From NCBI RefSeq assembly GCF_030684315.1, contig NC_081358.1:87694458-87758457 (forward strand): 64,000 nucleotides of DNA, read 5' to 3'. The position numbers and the translations under genes were made by a program. Positions 1-11,859 of the stretch are shown piece after piece; the stretch's first letter is position 1, and each line of letters opens with the position of its first letter. Below the pieces are notes generated by a model. The model ran no database searches. It was given only the letters and a program-made list of their open reading frames with translations, and had not been told where the DNA came from. Source of the DNA: Stegostoma tigrinum (taxonomy: Eukaryota).

Positions 1-411
1 GCTAATATCATCAGGAATATGAGGAACAGGATTTTCTATGAGGATATTGCCACCTTCAGTAGTTTTACTTCCACCATTGGACACAGGCTTAAAACTCATC
101 AACCCCGATAATGGCCAGCACTATTTCCCCCATAGGGTTTAGGATATGTAAATACATGTGTATATATCTACTAGCTTCCACTGTCTTCAATCATGAATCA
201 TTTTATCTTGCAGAGAAGGGGGATGCATTTCTTGGCATCGTGCAAACTGTTTGGGTGATGTTTGTGATGATTGACCTTGTGACAGTATTTCCAGACTGTA
301 AGATGCGAGTGTGAAACACTGCAGTAGTGCTAAGCGTGTCAGGACATGGTGGAGCTAGAAAAATTGTTTCTAACCTCCAATTTACAGAGATGGTTGGCAG
401 CGTAACGAGTC

Positions 412-515
412 AGCAATAAGAAAAACAGAATACCGGAAAATCTCAGCAGATCTTTCAGCACCTATGGAGAGAAAAACAACACTGCTGTTTTGAATTCAAT
501 TACCCTTCTTTGGAG
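412..515 (-). mobile_element. Decayed PLE pLTR remnant (family B)
   Basis: Resembles the other family-B tails (aacagaa..ctggaaaa.ctcagcag.tct..cagca.ctgtggagaga) and ends at a degenerate hammerhead-like cccttct. Confidence 0.5.
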
Positions 516-834
516 TGTCCGTTATGGTACTCTGGGCAATGTCTGACCTCACTAGGGCACTTGGTTAGAAAGGGAATTTCAACCTGAAGTCACTGAACCT
601 GACCACTCTTATGGACATTTCTTCTGACTGCCCATCTCTTTTACCATATTTCTAGAGAAGTGTTTTGTGCTTTTGCATGTTTTACCATTCTTCGTTATTT
701 TCCAGGTCAGATTCACCTGTCAACACTTACAGCTGTGGCAAGTGAGTAAACAACATGATTAATGCTGGCTACAAGCAGAGATCATTCTATTGAGTGGGAA
801 ACAGGAATTTGGTCAAACCTGCATAATTACCCCT

Positions 835-1294
835 CTACCAGCCCAGTTCATCCCCTCCCCCCACTGCACCACACAACCAGCCCAGCTCTTCCCCCCCACC
901 CACTGCATCCCAAAACCAGTCCAACCTGTCTCTGCCTCCCTAACCGGTTCTTCCTCTCACCCATCCCTTCCTCCCACCCCAAGCCGCACCCCCAGCTACC
1001 TACTAACCTCATCCCACCTCCTTGACCTGTCCGTCTTCCCTGGACTGACCTATCCCCTCCCTACCTCCCCACCTACACCCTCTCCACCTATCTTCTTTAC
1101 TCTCCATCTTCGGTCCGCCTCCCCCTCTCTCCCTATTTATTCCAGTTCCCTCCCCCCATCCCCCTCTCTGATGAAGGGTCTAGGCCCGAAACGTCAGCTT
1201 TTGTGCTCCTGAGATGCTGCTTGGCCTGCTGTGTTCATCCAGCCTCACATTTTATTATCTTGGAATCTCCAGCATCTGCAGTTCCCATTATCTC
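835..1294 (+). mobile_element. 5'-truncated young Neptune-type Penelope-like element (ORF tail + pLTR)
   Basis: Near-identical to the 3' parts of the copies at 34711-35932 and 61762-62444. TSD TAATTACCCCT at 824-834 and 1295-1305. Confidence 0.93.
1168..1195 (+). ncRNA. Minimal type I hammerhead ribozyme motif in PLE pLTR
   Basis: CTGATGA-A-GGGTC-TA-GGCCC-GAAAC-GTC: core boxes, stem II, palindromic ACGT stem III and a GUC cleavage triplet. Confidence 0.85.
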
Positions 1295-1616
1295 TAATTA
1301 CCCCTGTGCCTGTTTTCAATTTTGTCCAGCTTATTGCTTGTTCTGAATGCATTACTTTTGTTGAAAAATGCTATCAAATACCATAGCTAGGCAGAATACA
1401 TTAAAATGTAAGCAATTATATGTTGTCAGCTTTGTTCAGTAGATTAAAGGTTGCTTTGTCAGCTGATGTTTCTGTTTTTTTTAAGCCTACCATCTTTTCA
1501 ATGTATGGATGGGAAGAAAAGTATATGACATCTGTCCAGCTATCATTTCTTTTTCCTTGCACTATTTTCCTCCATGTTTATGACAGCTATCCATGAAAAT
1601 ACATATCAATTTTTTT

Positions 1617-1703
1617 TCCTCCTCTGATGCTGCCTGGCCTGCTGTGTTCCTGCAGCTCCACACTGTTATCTCTGACTCCAGCATCTGTAGTCCTTACTAC
1701 CCC
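1617..1703 (+). mobile_element. PLE pLTR tail fragment
   Basis: ctcctctgatgctgcctggcctgctgtgttc...ttatctctgactccagcatctg matches the tail 3' of the hammerhead. Confidence 0.75.
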
Positions 1704-2689
1704 TATTAAGGAACAAGCCATTTTGGCTTTAATGCCTTGAGCCTTTCAAAGGTTCACAATAACTAGAGGTTGGAGCTGGATAGTCATGGGGTCTAGTATC
1801 TTAGTGTCATCCAAGAATCCTGATCCAGAAGAATTAGTAGCTATTGGCAACTTCAGGAACACAGTTAGCAAATGAGTGTCATTTCACATTTATCTGTTTT
1901 GAAAAATGTTAGGAGGCATTTGCTTTAATAGTAAAGCAGGAAATGCTTTCCTTTTCCCAATACTTTAATATTGAATATTATATCAAATACTCATTGTTTT
2001 AAGAATAACCAATAAAAGATTAGACAGGCCAGGCCAACATTCACTGGAATTTAGAAGAATGAGAGGGAACTGAAATTGAAACAAAATCCTGAGGGGTCTT
2101 AACAGGGTAGACACTGAAAGGAAAGACCCTTCTAGAGCTGGCTGGGCAGGTGTTAGGACAGATAAATAATCAAGTTAACACAACAAGATACCTAAGCTTT
2201 TGCTACCACATTTGCAATCAAAGTTCTGGGCAAGATTGTCCTTGGGGGAATTTTCATCATAATTATGGCCACTTCAGTTCATTGCTCACCATGATCACCT
2301 CTTTGATATTTTCCCATTAGTTGATAAAAGTGGATGTGCCCTGCCTACCAGGTTAGGCAATTCCATTTGCTCCAATTTAGGGATAATTGGAAACACAGAT
2401 AGGAGCACTTGGAGGTTGGCTGCTGACAGCCACTACCCAGATACATTTCCTCAAAGAAAATTACTTACTTTCTTGCTAGTTCAGCTGTCATGTCTTACCT
2501 CCAGCAATCCTCACTAGTCTCATTAGCTGCATGGAATCATAGTGGCTAAGATCCTGATATACTGCAACACCTGCCAATCAGAATGAAGTGTGTCATTGGA
2601 GCTCTATGTGATTGGTTTCCTTGCTGATGGTAGAGGGGCTTAATTGGTAAGTTATCTCTGAAGATGCCTAGCCCCATAATTAAGGTTAT

Positions 2690-3897
2690 ATCATAAGATG
2701 TTGGAGGTAGTATCAAAGACTGAATTTGCTGGAAAAGCTCAGCATGTCTGGCAGCATCTGTGAAGTGAAGTCAGAGTTAATGTTTTGGATCTGGTGACCC
2801 TTCCTCAAAACTCTGGCATGTATAGAGGATTGGTTCATGGGCAGCAAACAGCAAGTGGGAATAAGAGGTTCTTCAGTTTGTCAACCTTAACCAATGGGGC
2901 TCCACAAGGATCAGTACTAGGCTGCACTGCTTACAATAGATGTGAATGACTTGGAGGAAGAAAGCAAATGTACTGTAGCCAAATTTGCTGATGACACAAA
3001 AATAAGTTGAAAGGCATATTGCAAGAGTGATACAAACAGTTTACAGAGAGATGGTGATAGGTCAAGAAAGTGGACAAATGTTGGTGAATGGAGTATAATG
3101 TGGGAAATTGCACGGTTTGTTCATTTTGGAAAGGAGAACAAAGAACAGTATTTTTTTTTTACAAGGAGGAAAAACTGCAGAATACTGCAACATAAAGACA
3201 CTTGAGAATACCTGTGCACAAATCTAGCATATGGAGCAACGAGTAATCAGAAAGATTAATGGAACATTGACCCTTATTTTGAGGGAGGTGGAGCATTAAA
3301 GTAGGAAAGTTTTAGCGTGACTGTACCACATGCTGGTGAGTTTACATCTGGAATGCCGTGAGCAGTTTTGATCCTCTCCTCTTTAAAGGTAAGAGATTAA
3401 TTCATTGGAGACAATTCAGAGAAGGTTCACCAAGACGGATCTCAGTATGCAGGGATTGTCTTATGAGCAAAGATTGAACAGGGTTTGAACTTACTCATTG
3501 GAATATAGAAGAATGAGAAGTGATCTCATTAAAATATATAGGATTCCTAAAGGCCTTGACATAGGAAATTTCCTCCCAGAATTTACTTTCATTGAAATGT
3601 CTAGGACCAGAGGGCATAATCTCAGGACAAAGGTACACCAATTTAAGACTGAGATGAGAAGAAATTACATATCTTAGAGGGTTATGAGTCTTCAAAAACC
3701 CTTGCCACAGAGTTATATGGGGGCAGAATTCATGTCTATTTTTAAGGCTGAGATAGATACTTGATCAGGAGGGGAATCAGACATATGGGAAAATGTCAGG
3801 AAAGTTGAACTGAGGAACAATAATCAGTCATGATTCTATTGAGTGGTGTAGTAAGCACAAAGGGTTGAATAGCCAACCCCTGCTCCTATTTCTTATG
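2690..3897 (+). mobile_element. Decayed CR1 LINE (RT region to 3' end), interrupted by a minus-strand family-B pLTR at ~2716-2812
   Basis: Reads GAPQGSVLG (~2897) and FADDTK (~2984). CR1-type 3' end cctgctcctatttcttatg; many stops and frameshifts. Confidence 0.85.
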
Positions 3898-4244
3898 CTG
3901 AAAACACTAAATCTCAGCTGATGTTTTACCTTGCAAGGATGACAAGAACAGGTTTAAAAATAAAACACTTACCATTTAAGAGGGAGATGAGAATTGTTTT
4001 TTCTGAGGGAAATGATTCCGTGGAATTTTCTTCCAAAAATAGTGCTAGATGCAAGATTATTGGACATTTTTAAGTCAGTGGTGAATAGACATTTTAAAAT
4101 TATTTATTTATAGGATATTGGTGTCACTGGCTAGGCCAGTATTTATTGCCCATTCATAATTTTTCTGGAGAAGCTGATGGTTAGCTGTTTTCTTGAACTA
4201 TTGCACAATGCAGTTCAGAAAGGAATTGATCCAGTTGTCTGCTT

Positions 4245-4695
4245 GCAACCCTTGCAGCCCAGTGGTATCAATTTGGGCTTCACAATCTTCAAAATCTGCC
4301 CCCACCTCCCCCCAACGACCGCATCCCAAAACCAGCCCAGCTCGTACCTGCCTCCCTAACCTGTGCTCCCACCCATCCCATCTCCTACCTACTAGCCTCA
4401 TCCTGCATGCTTGACCTGTCTGTCCCCCTTGGATCGATCTATCCCCTCCCTAACTCCTCATCTACACTCACCTTCACTGGTTCCAACCCCGCCTCCTTGA
4501 TCTGTCTGTCTCCTCTCCACCTATCTTCTCCTTTATCCATCTTCTATCCACCTCCCCCTCTCTCCCTTTTTATTTCAAAATCCCCTTCTCCTCCCCAAAT
4601 TCTGAACGTGGGTCTAGGCCTGCAAAATCAGCTTTCCTGCTCCTCTGATGCTGCTTAGCCTGCTGTGATCATCCAGGTCTACACCTGGTTATCTT
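4245..4695 (+). mobile_element. Older PLE 3' fragment (EN C-terminus + pLTR with decayed hammerhead)
   Basis: Encodes LQPLQPSGINLGFTIFKICPHLPPTTASQNQPSS. pLTR has ctgaacgtgggtctaggcctgcaaaatc. Confidence 0.85.
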
Positions 4696-6019
4696 TGTTA
4701 AGAAAGGTGTTCTGTTTCTTTAGACTTTGTAGCAGTTTGACACAACTGAATAGCATGGTTGACTCTGAACTGCTCTCTAGAAATGGCCTAACAAGCTATG
4801 TACTAGATCAGGTAAAAATGGTATATTTCCTTCAATTAAAAAAACAATTGTGGATTTTTTAATTATAACAATTGACAGTGATTACATGGCCACCATTAGA
4901 TTTTTTTCCTCATTGAATTTAAATTTCATTATCTACCATTATGGGATTCAAACCCATGTTCCCATAATATTAGCCCAGGGTTCCAGGTTACTAAGATCAG
5001 TGACACTACCACTGACCTAAAAGCAGCAAATAAATCAGGGAAGCAGCAGCCCTAAGAGTCTACAACAGCACCTTACAGGTCTTAACATGAATGAAAAACA
5101 ACAGCACATTACAATAACACGTGAAATGTTTCCAAAAATATGGCAGTAGCAAATTAAAGATCATTGCTTTTAAGGTGCAACCTCACAAGACAGTGCCAAA
5201 AAAGTCTTCCAAACTGGCAATTATTACAATGCGATTGCAGTCTTGTTTGCGGGGAATGGCTGCTTACCAACATGCATCACCAATGAGTTCCAATGCCAGA
5301 TCACATTGGATCTCTAGCCCGGACAGCTGGTTTTGACTTACAACTCAAGCCAAGCTTCCACCAATTACATCTGTTTAGTACCAGCCCCATTTCCAAACAA
5401 AAAGTGGATGATAACAATGTGACATACGTCTCCATTGTCTCTAATTCTGTAATTCTTTCAGGAAGTAACTTTGTTATTTGTTCTGACAACATATAGAGTA
5501 ACAACATTAGTCCCTGTCAACTTTGAAAATACTGGAACCCCACTGAGCCTTTGAATTTTTTTTGCTGAAAACAAATATTGGCAGAGTTCCCTGACATCCA
5601 TTTAGCTATTTTTTTAAATGAATGTTGCAATATTTATTTTTACCCCAGTAAGATATAACAACTTCTAAATGTCACGATGTTACAGTGTCCATGCAAAACA
5701 TTTAACGTGTTGTTTATGAGTACAACTCTAAGTGATAGCCCCTTGATCGTTTTCACATCTTCAGACTAGATACTCGATGCACCACCAACAGAGCATCACA
5801 TTGATTTTGATAGCACATCTGCCCCAACATCATTTGCCAAGAAACAGAAATGCATTTATTTCCATAAACTGGGCCTAGTCTTCGATGGCAGGATTGAATG
5901 CATCATGCTTCACAAGTAACAACATGATGTCAGAAATGCTTACTCCAACTCAAAGATGACAGTTGCCAGGAAATTTCTTCAGGAGTGTACTTTTCTCTTG
6001 TCACCACTGAAATAAATCC

Positions 6020-6220
6020 AGATGCCAGTATCCTATCACCAAGTCACCCTTTATTTACACATGGTAAGGCCTTGATATTGATCTAGCTCCTTAGAACCAG
6101 CTCCCAGAGAGAACAGGATGCCTGACTCTTCTTATCTGTTGGTCAGGGTTTCCTGATTGGACTAGATTAACTGTCCCAGTCTATGAAGTCCTCCTGGACA
6201 GATCTCATTATAATCACCTC
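6020..6220 (-). mobile_element. Probable solo LTR remnant
   Basis: The minus strand has a CCAAT-like box and ends ...gtgtaaataaagggtgacttggtgataggatactggcatc (AATAAA near the 3' end). It resembles short LTRs recalled from shark genomes; this was not checked by a search. Confidence 0.55.
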
Positions 6221-7533
6221 AGGTAAACCCTCTTGAAACTTGCTTTGCCAAGAAGCAATCCAACATTAATTCATTTCCCTTTTTCAGAGAAGCATTTTGT
6301 CACTTAATAAATTATTGCAATTTAGTTCCTCCATAGCTATCAGCCTCACTCCCCTTCTATTATTTATGCACAATACTTCATGTCAGTTTCCACATTTTGT
6401 GCATTGTAATTTGATTCCTAAAGATTGGTTTCCTTCCCTATTCCTAACCTTGACCTCACAGGAATCAAATAAGTAGATATTTTTGGTAACTTTCAGATTC
6501 TTGTTTGTGTAACTACATCCCCAATATGGCCCTCTAAATATTTTAACCATTTCCATATAAATTACATGCTTCTTTTATGATCCTTGGAAAGTCACTGCTA
6601 TGTTGATTATAGACATTCTAATACACATATAATATTAGGTGCTGGTTTTCTAAGCCCCTTTTATAAATTACTAACACAAATTCTTGGGAACACTGACATC
6701 TTGGGTCTCTAGAAGTAAAAAGAAAAAAAACACCATTCAGAAGAGAAAACGATATACAAAGCAAGATACAAAAAGACCAAATTATTAAATGCTAGTTCAC
6801 TACTGCACACTCTCTATTTATAATATGATCTAATATACAAATAGTTTTGATTTGTACATTTGACTGTGGTGCATAAGATTTGTTTAGGTGCAATTAATGT
6901 TTTGCATGCAAATGTATTCTGTGTTAAATTTCCTATCAAGAAAATGAATGTTTCACTTCTAGCTACCAAGCTTCATTTAAACAGGTTAAAAACAAAGAGA
7001 AGTGAACAGATACGCTCAGTGATATTGTGAGTGTGATAACAGCATCTTGGATAACCCAGCAGATATTTAGAAAGCTAGTGCACAAAATTGGGCAAAGCCG
7101 ACGCTTCTAGACATCTGTAATTCCAGCACTTTCTGCCATCTTAGAAAATGAATAGTGGCCTAAAAAAAACTTTCTCCAAAGCTTCAACTAAAGTTTTTAG
7201 GTATGTATTTTATATTTGTAATTCTTTTTATTGTACTTAAATATAGAGGCCACATTAAAAGACAGAAATTGAGCCGTAGCTACATTTATATTCCATTCTC
7301 CTGTAGAATTGCTGTTTAGATGCACTCAGCAGTATGGTGCAATTTATTCCGATAATTGTCATGCTTCATTATCCTAATTACAAAATGTAAAATGACAATC
7401 CTTATTATAAGCTAGATAGTTGTTTTGTTGCTGAAAATATTAAATTCACTACAGGGATGTGGCTGGGCCAGCATTTATTGGTCATCCATATTTGCACTGA
7501 GAAGCTGCCATCTTGTACGACTGCAATACATGT

Positions 7534-7633
7534 GAAACAAAAACAGAAATTGCCGGAAAAGCTCAGCAGTTCTGGCTGCACTTGTGGAGAGAATTCAGAG
7601 TTAACATTCCAGTTCCAGTGACCCTTCTTCAGA
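7534..7633 (-). mobile_element. Family-B PLE pLTR starting at a hammerhead-like motif
   Basis: Minus strand reads ttCTGAAGAagggtcactggaactGGAAtgttaactctg followed by the family-B tail. Confidence 0.7.
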
Positions 7634-7759
7634 AACAATTCATTTGATGTAGCAATACTCACCATGATATTAGGAAGGAAGTTCCAGGATTTTGACTCAG
7701 CAGAATTTTAGTTATCAGTATGCTTCCAAATAACTCAGTTCTGAAAAATTACAGGTGTC

Positions 7760-7885
7760 CTGAAGAAGAGTCAAACTGTACTTGAAATGTTATCTCTCTG
7801 TCTACAGATACTGTTAGACCTGCTGAGTTTCTCCAGCATTTTCTACATTTTAGATTTTCAGTATCCACAGTATTTTGCTTTTATT
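7760..7885 (+). mobile_element. Family-B PLE pLTR starting at a hammerhead-like motif
   Basis: CTGAAGAagagtcaaactgtacttGAAAtgtt followed by ...gacctgctgagtttctccagcatttt... Confidence 0.7.
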
Positions 7886-8679
7886 CTTTGAAGTATCACC
7901 TTTTCCAATTAAATTTTTTTCAATTGTGGGCTTTTCCCCCCTTTTCCTTTGCTGTTCCTCTATCCTTAGTCAGATTGCCTGTAACCATTTTAATTTGACA
8001 AGAATGAAAATCAGATTTCAGCACCGTGATTCCACAGAAGAATTGTGGATCAAGCACAATCGTACACATTCAAGTCATCTGAGGATTGTGTTATTTACTT
8101 CATATTTGATGATGCGATTTAAATGCCCATTAAGATAACATAATTGAAACACTTGACGCAGTCACTGAAAGATTTCACTTTGCCTCCAAGCTCAGACAGT
8201 AAATCATGTGATAGCAACAGCCAGTAAAACAATTGAAAAGGCTGAAGTGAATATCACTATATCCCAAATGCTTATCAACAGACATCCTCCACTTCAAAAA
8301 TCAAACATTAGTCAAATTATGTAGAACATTGAGTTTGTTTGTCTTCTTTAGGGATTTTACTTTATTGTACAAATTGTTCAAAACCCTGATGTACATCTGA
8401 AATTTTCCAGCTTGTTTGTTTCCCAGATATTGCTCTGGGAAAGCAATTCAAATTCATGTAGCTATAAAGGCCGTAAGCAGTTAATTTGACAAATCTTAAT
8501 GAGATAATTAAGAAAAGATCATGCTTAATAATTTGATCTTTATTTCCAAATCATTATTGTTATTTGATTTTCAAAGAAATAGATTTCACTTGATGCAGAT
8601 GTGTTTTTCTAAAAATAAAATTTCATCAAAGCTGCTGCAATACCATTCCTTATTGAGATTTGTAATGCTTCAAAATAGC

Positions 8680-8940
8680 AGTGAGGTAATAGCCTAGTGG
8701 TATTATCACTGGACTGATAATCCAGCAAGCCAGGTAATATTCTATGACTTGGGTTCAAATGCTGCTGCAGCATTTGAATTCAATAAAAATACGGACTTAA
8801 AAATCTACTAATGATCATTTGTTGATTGCTATAGGCTTTTCTTGACAATGTGATTGACTCTTAAATGCTGTCTGGGCAACTAGGAATAAGCAATAAATTT
8901 GTGGCCTAGCTAGTGATGCCCTCATCCAGTGAATGAATAA
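8680..8940 (+). mobile_element. Decayed tRNA-derived shark SINE
   Basis: Head tagcctagtggtattatcactggact...gggttcaaat (A/B-box-like) and tail ggcctagc.agtgatgccctcatcc..tgaatgaat. Reverse-orientation relatives lie at ~4110-5015, 7455-7700, 52720-52870, 57690-57900 and 60860-61130. Confidence 0.6.
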
Positions 8941-10262
8941 AAGAAGCTCAAATCAACAGTCAAATCATTTCTTAGCTTACGATAGTTAACATTTCAAATA
9001 ATAGAACATAATTTTGTCCCACAAAGTTGAAATCATAAAAATTTTAAGACCTGAAGTTCTGTATTTATTAATCATGCTAGAGAAGCAGGCATGAGTAAAC
9101 AGCAGCAGAAGATAAGGAAAGAGCTTGAGTGGATGATTCATTGAAGTTTACTGCTGCTCTGAGCATTTTGTAGTTTATTACAATGGAACTGAATATACCA
9201 AACTAGAAAGAGTGCAAGAAATACCGCAGTTTTATATGACTGCGTGACTTTACTCAACTTAAAGTGCATTGAAAAATGGATAGGGGGCAGAATTGAGCAA
9301 CATTGATAATGTTGAGAAATGTGGAGAAATACGTAGTAAACGCAAGAGAAATCAGAATTTCAATTCCACGAAAATGTTTCTAATTTTCACTTTGAGGTTT
9401 AAGTTTCATAATCACGCACGTGACTGCCCAATTTTCATGAAATTGCATGTCATGAATAGCCAAAACCACCTCATCTTTGCACAGCTCCCAATTCTCTCCT
9501 TTTCCAAGAAACTAGATTTCACCAATTCCCAATATAAAGGCAGCATGGTTACTTAGCAACGGAGGGTTGCCATTTGCTTCTCCCAGCCTTTATCCAATGT
9601 ACTTCATCACAGTATCTGTGTATTTATCGTGGACACCATCCTCTTCTACTCTTCTTCCAATCAGTAAACCACTTGCCTCACCGTATCATTAGAACCTGCA
9701 TCAGCAGGAGGCTGCTGGTCTCTGTGGTTTGATGGTCAGTCATGGTTTAATGTTACAATGAGTCATGAGATCCTTCTGATTTGAGTTGGTTCATTTGTTT
9801 CTGGTCCGGGAGTGGGCTGTGGACAGTCAGATGTTGGTCTGACCAGAGTCTTTGCAGACCAGCGATAGGGCTGCAGTCAGAAACTCAGGTTGAGCGCAAG
9901 CAGTCCAGGGATTACAGCTACCCCAGTCAGGGTGCTGTGGAGACGTAAGTCTGATAGCTCGGTCAATTTTATCCACAATGAGACAAAGGGAGAGACTGAT
10001 TAAGGTGGCAGTGGATGGAAGAGCAGTTAGTACCGATACAGATGCAGGAGAGGTAATGGGGTGTCCTGACTGAGAGAGTAGGAAGTGCTGAGGGCAGCAA
10101 GTATTAGTAGTTTGGGTGGACAAGGTTGGTAAAAGCCATTGCTGTATGCAATAGAGAGAATTGTAGTTCCTGAGCCTTAGTGAAAGCATGTGTAATGGCA
10201 CAGTTAGAGTGACTGGTGGCGCTCTGAAAGTCAGGAAGCAGAGAGAAAGTGGTGACACTTAC

Positions 10263-10438
10263 TTTGCAGACGTCAGAAGACGGTTGCTCAAGATCACTGA
10301 CCGAGGCCACTTTCCGCGGCCAGATTAGCTGTGTCTAGCGGCCTGGCCTCCTATGCCAGTTTATGGGATGTTGCACTGCCCTTCTTAGCACCATCTTTCC
10401 ATCAACATTTCCAAATCGTAGTCAGTGAAACAAGGATT
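10263..10438 (-). pseudogene. Decayed Myb/SANT-like (Harbinger-transposon-type) exon
   Basis: With frameshifts it reads PCFTDYDLEMLME/KMVLRRAVQHPINWHRRPGR*TQLIWP...LSNRLLTSAK and is followed by a GTAAGT donor at 10262. The pattern resembles Myb_DNA-bind_5 (MSANTD/NAIF1-like). Confidence 0.5.
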
Positions 10439-11859
10439 CACCTTTCTTCACTGTGTCCTTCAGGATGATGGTACAAAACCAGTGTGAGGGACAATTCCTG
10501 GTTTACAGTGCCTGATGGACTGTGGAATTGCTGAGGATTAAATATGTTACACTTGGTGTGAATTTTGTGAAGTCTTGGCACTGATGAGCGCATCTTTTCC
10601 TGCCACGCGATGCAATAAAAAGGGCATCGATGAGCCCAGGTGCTGACAATTGAAATGAGAAAAGACACCATGGCAGATTGGATGTAATGAATCTCGTTCA
10701 AATATTGGGAAAGCTTCCACAGAGAGAGCACTGTTCATAACCGCAAGACATTTCAGTGTACTTTACAAAGAATGAAGTATCTTCAAGCACATTTACTTTT
10801 GTGGGGAAACACTGCAGCCAATTTGTGCATGCCACTCCAGCCCGACACCGGCACTGCCATGTCATCAAAGCTCTAGAAAGAGCAGCAAAAGTGCAAGTGC
10901 TACCACTGAGTCATGTCTGACACATGGCTTAGGTTGCCAAACGTTAATCAACTGGTGGAGTAAGCAGAGGATGAAAAAAAACATTGTAGGAGTTCACACA
11001 AGCTTATAGAAACAATTTCCCCACTCACCAACAAACATGTTTCACTTACGTAATGTACCCAAAATAGAAATGGGACAAGCTTTGCAGTGTGTTGCCCCTG
11101 TTACCCCCTAGATCACTAAAATTGTTTTTAATTTCACACAGGGAAAATTAATTTGAAAATATCATTGGCAAAAAGTACAAGAAAATGTGTGGCGTGATAA
11201 AAAATCCACTGTGGGACTGTGATGATTTGATCTGAAATACTTTCTTTTGTTATGAAGCTCATACTTTTTTTTAAAGGGGTTGAATGTGCAACCTTTTTGT
11301 TTCCTTTTCTATACCGAGAAGTGTTCGTACACACAACTGAATGTCTGTCTCTTTTTCCCATCACCAAATCACCCATGGTATTTTTGTTTCATCTATTAAC
11401 CATGGCAAGTAAATTACCCATGTCTCCAACTGATTAATTTATGTTCAATGGAGGCACACTCTGTTGAAAATGGAGGAAATGTAATCAGATGTAGCACTCT
11501 TAATGTCAGATGTTTTTACTTCATGTCAATCTGATATTGAAGAATTTATGGTGATCTTCTGCTGTACTAGTGCCTCTACCTCTAAGATCAGGAGGTCCAT
11601 GTGCAAGTCATGCCTACCGCTGTCTGAACAGGTGTTGATTGGAATAACTACTTTCAGGGCTCCCGTGGCACAGTTTTCGTGTTCCTGTCTCTGGCTCCAA
11701 GTCCGATCTGAGCCAGAACTGTTTCATAACAAGTCTGAGCTGGGTGATTAAAAATATCTTCACTTGGCCGGGCACTGAGATATACCATGCCCTTATCACA
11801 GAGGTAGATAACCTTGACTGATCACTATATTTTTACAACAAAACACAGTGGTTGAATGG

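Noticed and set aside
762-1212. Pro/Ser-rich ORFs, and the recurring 'MKGLGPKRQLLCS' / 'SDEGSRPETSAF' peptides across the window
   Set aside because: They are translations of the pyrimidine-rich pLTR and hammerhead, which lack stop codons by composition; they are not host genes.
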